Shown here in pieces: positions 61,628 to 64,000 of a stretch of 64,000 nt of DNA. Numbering within the stretch: the first letter of the stretch is position 1; each line of letters begins with the position of its first letter. The notes under the pieces are model-generated. The model was given only the letters and a program-made list of their open reading frames with translations. It searched no databases and was not told where the DNA came from. The stretch is from Escherichia phage vB_EcoM_G50: the sequence record NC_054917.1; one strand, 5' to 3'. The translations under genes were made by a program, and so were the position numbers.

Positions 61628-61900
61628 TCATAGTTCAATCTCAGCGATTTTCATTTCATTACTACTAATAGACGCTTTAAGACTATCTGAAAGAATTACA
61701 TTCCAGTGGTCATTCATATGACCATTAACTAAGCGTGTAATTTCTTCGGGAGTTGAAAAATAAGGCGTATCAGACTCCCAGTGCGATAGTCCCAAGCGAG
61801 TATAAATCATACCTTCATCATCGCTAGAATATTCAACTGACACAAACTCATCAGTTATTTTATGCTTAGCGTAATAAAATTTAAATTTCATTTTACTCAA
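61628..61900 (-). CDS. Hypothetical protein
   Basis: 90-aa ORF. Confidence 0.6.
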   Translation of the reverse strand: MSKMKFKFYYAKHKITDEFVSVEYSSDDEGMIYTRLGLSHWESDTPYFSTPEEITRLVNGHMNDHWNVILSDSLKASISSNEMKIAEIEL

Positions 61901-62103
61901 TAATCCGCTAAAAGATCGACGATTGCATCACGAAGACACTTATTCGCAATACGTTTAAGAGCAATTTCAGTTTCTGGAGCATTTTGAATAATCATTGAAT
62001 TCAATTCAGCCTCAGCAAACTGAAGTTCTTTAACTAATTCAGCTTTATATTTTCCTTGCCCTTTCTTAGCTTTTGCTCGTTTTAATTCAACTGTAGTAAA
62101 CAT
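61897..62103 (-). CDS. Hypothetical basic protein
   Basis: 68 aa from internal ATG with GGAGAA Shine-Dalgarno (MFTTVELKRAKAKKGQ...); the longer ORF-track version would include the upstream promoter. Confidence 0.55.
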   Translation of the reverse strand: MFTTVELKRAKAKKGQGKYKAELVKELQFAEAELNSMIIQNAPETEIALKRIANKCLRDAIVDLLADY

Positions 62104-62137
62104 TTTATTCTCCAAATCCGTATCAGTTGATAGTTGT

Positions 62138-62167
62138 ATAGTACCACAGTCCTTGTGGTATGTAAAC
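62138..62167 (-). promoter_or_regulatory. Early-type promoter downstream of denB
   Basis: gttgatagttgtatagtaccacagtccttgtggtatgtaaac; near-palindrome ccacagtccttgtgg in the spacer. Confidence 0.45.
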
Positions 62168-62183
62168 CGTTTTGTGAAAATTT

Positions 62184-62741
62184 TTAAATGGAAAGATACC
62201 ATCCGTTGTAGTTGCTTTTTCTTACAACCTTACGAAGGTCTTCTCTATCACCGATGAACTTCGGAGTGTACTGGATGACACCTGGATGAATTTCTTTAGT
62301 GTTGAATATAATTATACAGTCAGCGACCTGATGATTCAGAATGGGCCCTAGATTTATTCCAGAACCGTATGGATACTCCCCGCTGCATCCGGTTGTTACC
62401 GAAATCCAACGTGAGTCAGTTTGATGTGTTTTGACTTCTACACGAAGCCCACAGTATTTTGGATGCGCCAATACATCCCATGCGTATGTATACGGGTCAT
62501 TAACATCCTCTTGGCCTTTGTTAACATACCCGCTTAGCCAATCTGCTACAAAAAACTCTGCGTACACAGCGATACGACATCTTTCAATAACTTCTGCTTT
62601 ATCCTGGTTCGGGTTTTGTTTTAGAGAGTATCTTGCTGTATCAGCAATTTTGACCTTCATTTCACTAGTCAAGTCACTGTTCGATAGGGTAAATGTCGGA
62701 ATCTGAAATAGTCTCTGTAAACCTGGATTCGTTTTCTGCAT
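62184..62741 (-). CDS. denB: Endonuclease IV-position protein
   Basis: 185-aa ORF directly upstream of the ndd.x cluster and downstream of rIIB, size as T4 DenB. Confidence 0.8.
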   Translation of the reverse strand: MQKTNPGLQRLFQIPTFTLSNSDLTSEMKVKIADTARYSLKQNPNQDKAEVIERCRIAVYAEFFVADWLSGYVNKGQEDVNDPYTYAWDVLAHPKYCGLRVEVKTHQTDSRWISVTTGCSGEYPYGSGINLGPILNHQVADCIIIFNTKEIHPGVIQYTPKFIGDREDLRKVVRKSNYNGWYLSI

Positions 62742-62808
62742 TAAACTTTCCTTTTACGTCGGAATCACTGATATTCATATAATAAATCATAGTTTCCCTT
62801 AAAACAAA

Positions 62809-62822
62809 AGGGCCGAAGCCCT
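62809..62822. terminator. Hairpin between denB and the 64-aa ORF
   Basis: agggc-cgaa-gccct flanked by A-run and T-run. Confidence 0.4.
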
Positions 62823-62827
62823 TTATT

Positions 62828-63022
62828 TTATTTGAATTGTGCAATTCTTTTCTCTAAACAATCTGCGTAAGATTTCATTGAGATGAATTGTGAAAGCAGT
62901 AATTCTTGCTCAACTTCATTAATCGTTATAAACTTTGTGCTTTCTAAAAATTTGCTCAGCGCATTAATTTTGAGCATTAATTGATCGTATTCTTCTTTTA
63001 CTCGTGCTTGATAACCTAACAT
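62828..63022 (-). CDS. Hypothetical protein (denB.1 position)
   Basis: 64-aa ORF flanked by hairpins. Confidence 0.55.
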   Translation of the reverse strand: MLGYQARVKEEYDQLMLKINALSKFLESTKFITINEVEQELLLSQFISMKSYADCLEKRIAQFK

Positions 63023-63036
63023 AATTTTCCTTAGTT

Positions 63037-63052
63037 AAGGGCCGAAGCCCTT
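63037..63052. terminator. Hairpin at the rIIB stop
   Basis: aagggc-cgaa-gccctt. Confidence 0.4.
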
Positions 63053-63989
63053 ATTTAAATTGTTCAGTAACGTCTTCAACTACTTCGTATTGGCAGGTAC
63101 GCATTTTAGCATCGTTGTAATCAATCGGAATTGATACTACATCGCGAGGATGTACTTTAACTTTTACAACTCGGCTGGTTGAACTGCCAAAGTGCCGAAT
63201 ATAAGATTTAGAACACACATGCAGACCACGAGAACAAGTTTGTGTATCATCGTCATTCACACGAGTACGTGGCATTTTAACTACTTTACCAGGACTGTTA
63301 TCAAAAGTATTTGAATGGCAGTCAAAGTAATTACTGCGAACTACTTTCCAAGCATAGAAGTAACCGTCTTCTGTAATTTCAATATCGTTTGCTACCAAGA
63401 AATCAAAGAGTCGAGATACCGCTTTTTGGCTCGGGTTTTCCAACAGATTTTCCAAGAACGGAAAATAAAATTCAAAGTTTTCGCCTTTTTCCATCGAATC
63501 GAGAATACGATCAACTAAACCAGATCGCAATTCAATATTTTGATAGAACAAGCTTCCACCTTCAATTCGAACATCACCGGAAATATATTTTTCAACAGCG
63601 CGACGAACGTTAATTTTTTGTGCTGCTTCTTCCAATTTATCTGCAACAAGCAGGTTAAGAATTTCCTGGAAGTTTGAATGAGTATTAGGAGTTGCGTTAT
63701 AAGTTACGCCGTCAACAGTAATTGAAATGAATTTTTTAGATGCATTCCAAATAATGTCAGATTTAGCAACTGGAGCAATAGCTACATCGCTCTTAACTTC
63801 AACTGTAATGTCACCGCTAATAGTAACTTTGGAGCGTTTAGCTTCTTCAGCATTTTTCAAAACACGACGGATGGTGTCAACCGATACATCTTTCCAATAA
63901 GCCAATTCCTGTTGGGTATAATTACCGCTTGAATACAGTTTAACAATTTCAGCTTGTTCGTTTTTGGTCAGGCATTTAATATTGTACAT
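63051..63989 (-). CDS. rIIB: rIIB protein
   Basis: 312 aa, MYNIKCLTKNEQAEIVKLYSSGNYTQQELAYWKDVSVDTIRRVLKNAEE...; matches T4 rIIB. Confidence 0.95.
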   Translation of the reverse strand: MYNIKCLTKNEQAEIVKLYSSGNYTQQELAYWKDVSVDTIRRVLKNAEEAKRSKVTISGDITVEVKSDVAIAPVAKSDIIWNASKKFISITVDGVTYNATPNTHSNFQEILNLLVADKLEEAAQKINVRRAVEKYISGDVRIEGGSLFYQNIELRSGLVDRILDSMEKGENFEFYFPFLENLLENPSQKAVSRLFDFLVANDIEITEDGYFYAWKVVRSNYFDCHSNTFDNSPGKVVKMPRTRVNDDDTQTCSRGLHVCSKSYIRHFGSSTSRVVKVKVHPRDVVSIPIDYNDAKMRTCQYEVVEDVTEQFK

Positions 63990-64000
63990 AATTTTCCTTA

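Overview
This window reads as one contiguous ~64 kb block of a T4-like (T-even, Tequatrovirus-type) myovirus genome, running from the 3' end of major capsid gene 23 to the start of rIIB. All calls rest on reading the six-frame translations and the DNA by eye against remembered T4 protein sequences and gene order; no database search was run. Gene order and most protein sequences match T4 closely: 24, rnlB, hoc, inh, uvsW, uvsY, baseplate genes 25-26-51-27-28-29-48-54, alt, DNA ligase 30, the 30.x cluster, rIII, 31, cd, pseT, spanins, alc, rnlA, denA, nrdB, nrdA, td, frd, 32, 59, 33, dsbA, rnh, long tail fibre genes 34-38, t, asiA, arn, motA, 52, ac/stp/ndd, denB, rIIB. It is not T4 itself. The clearest differences are: (i) td and nrdB are continuous ORFs with no group I introns, while a free-standing HNH homing endonuclease sits between nrdA and nrdB; (ii) the tail-fibre tip is T2-type (gp37 with a C-terminal autoproteolytic chaperone domain plus a 263-aa glycine-rich gp38 adhesin); (iii) two full-length Alt ADP-ribosyltransferase paralogs lie in tandem; (iv) a 115-aa ORF is inserted between frd and td, which overlap in T4; (v) perfect in-frame tandem duplications occur in hoc and in the 30.2-position ORF. 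I found no single obviously novel multi-gene system; the most suggestive leads are the frd-td insertion, a NADAR-like plus HAD-like gene pair next to the ligase, and a 150-bp ORF-free GC-richer segment beside rIII. The minus-strand accessory clusters carry a recurring cassette of terminator hairpin, A/T-rich tract and early promoter (-35 GTTTAC), often with an inverted repeat around the -10 element. No tRNA, rRNA, CRISPR array or integrase was seen. Names of the small '.N' ORFs are tentative.
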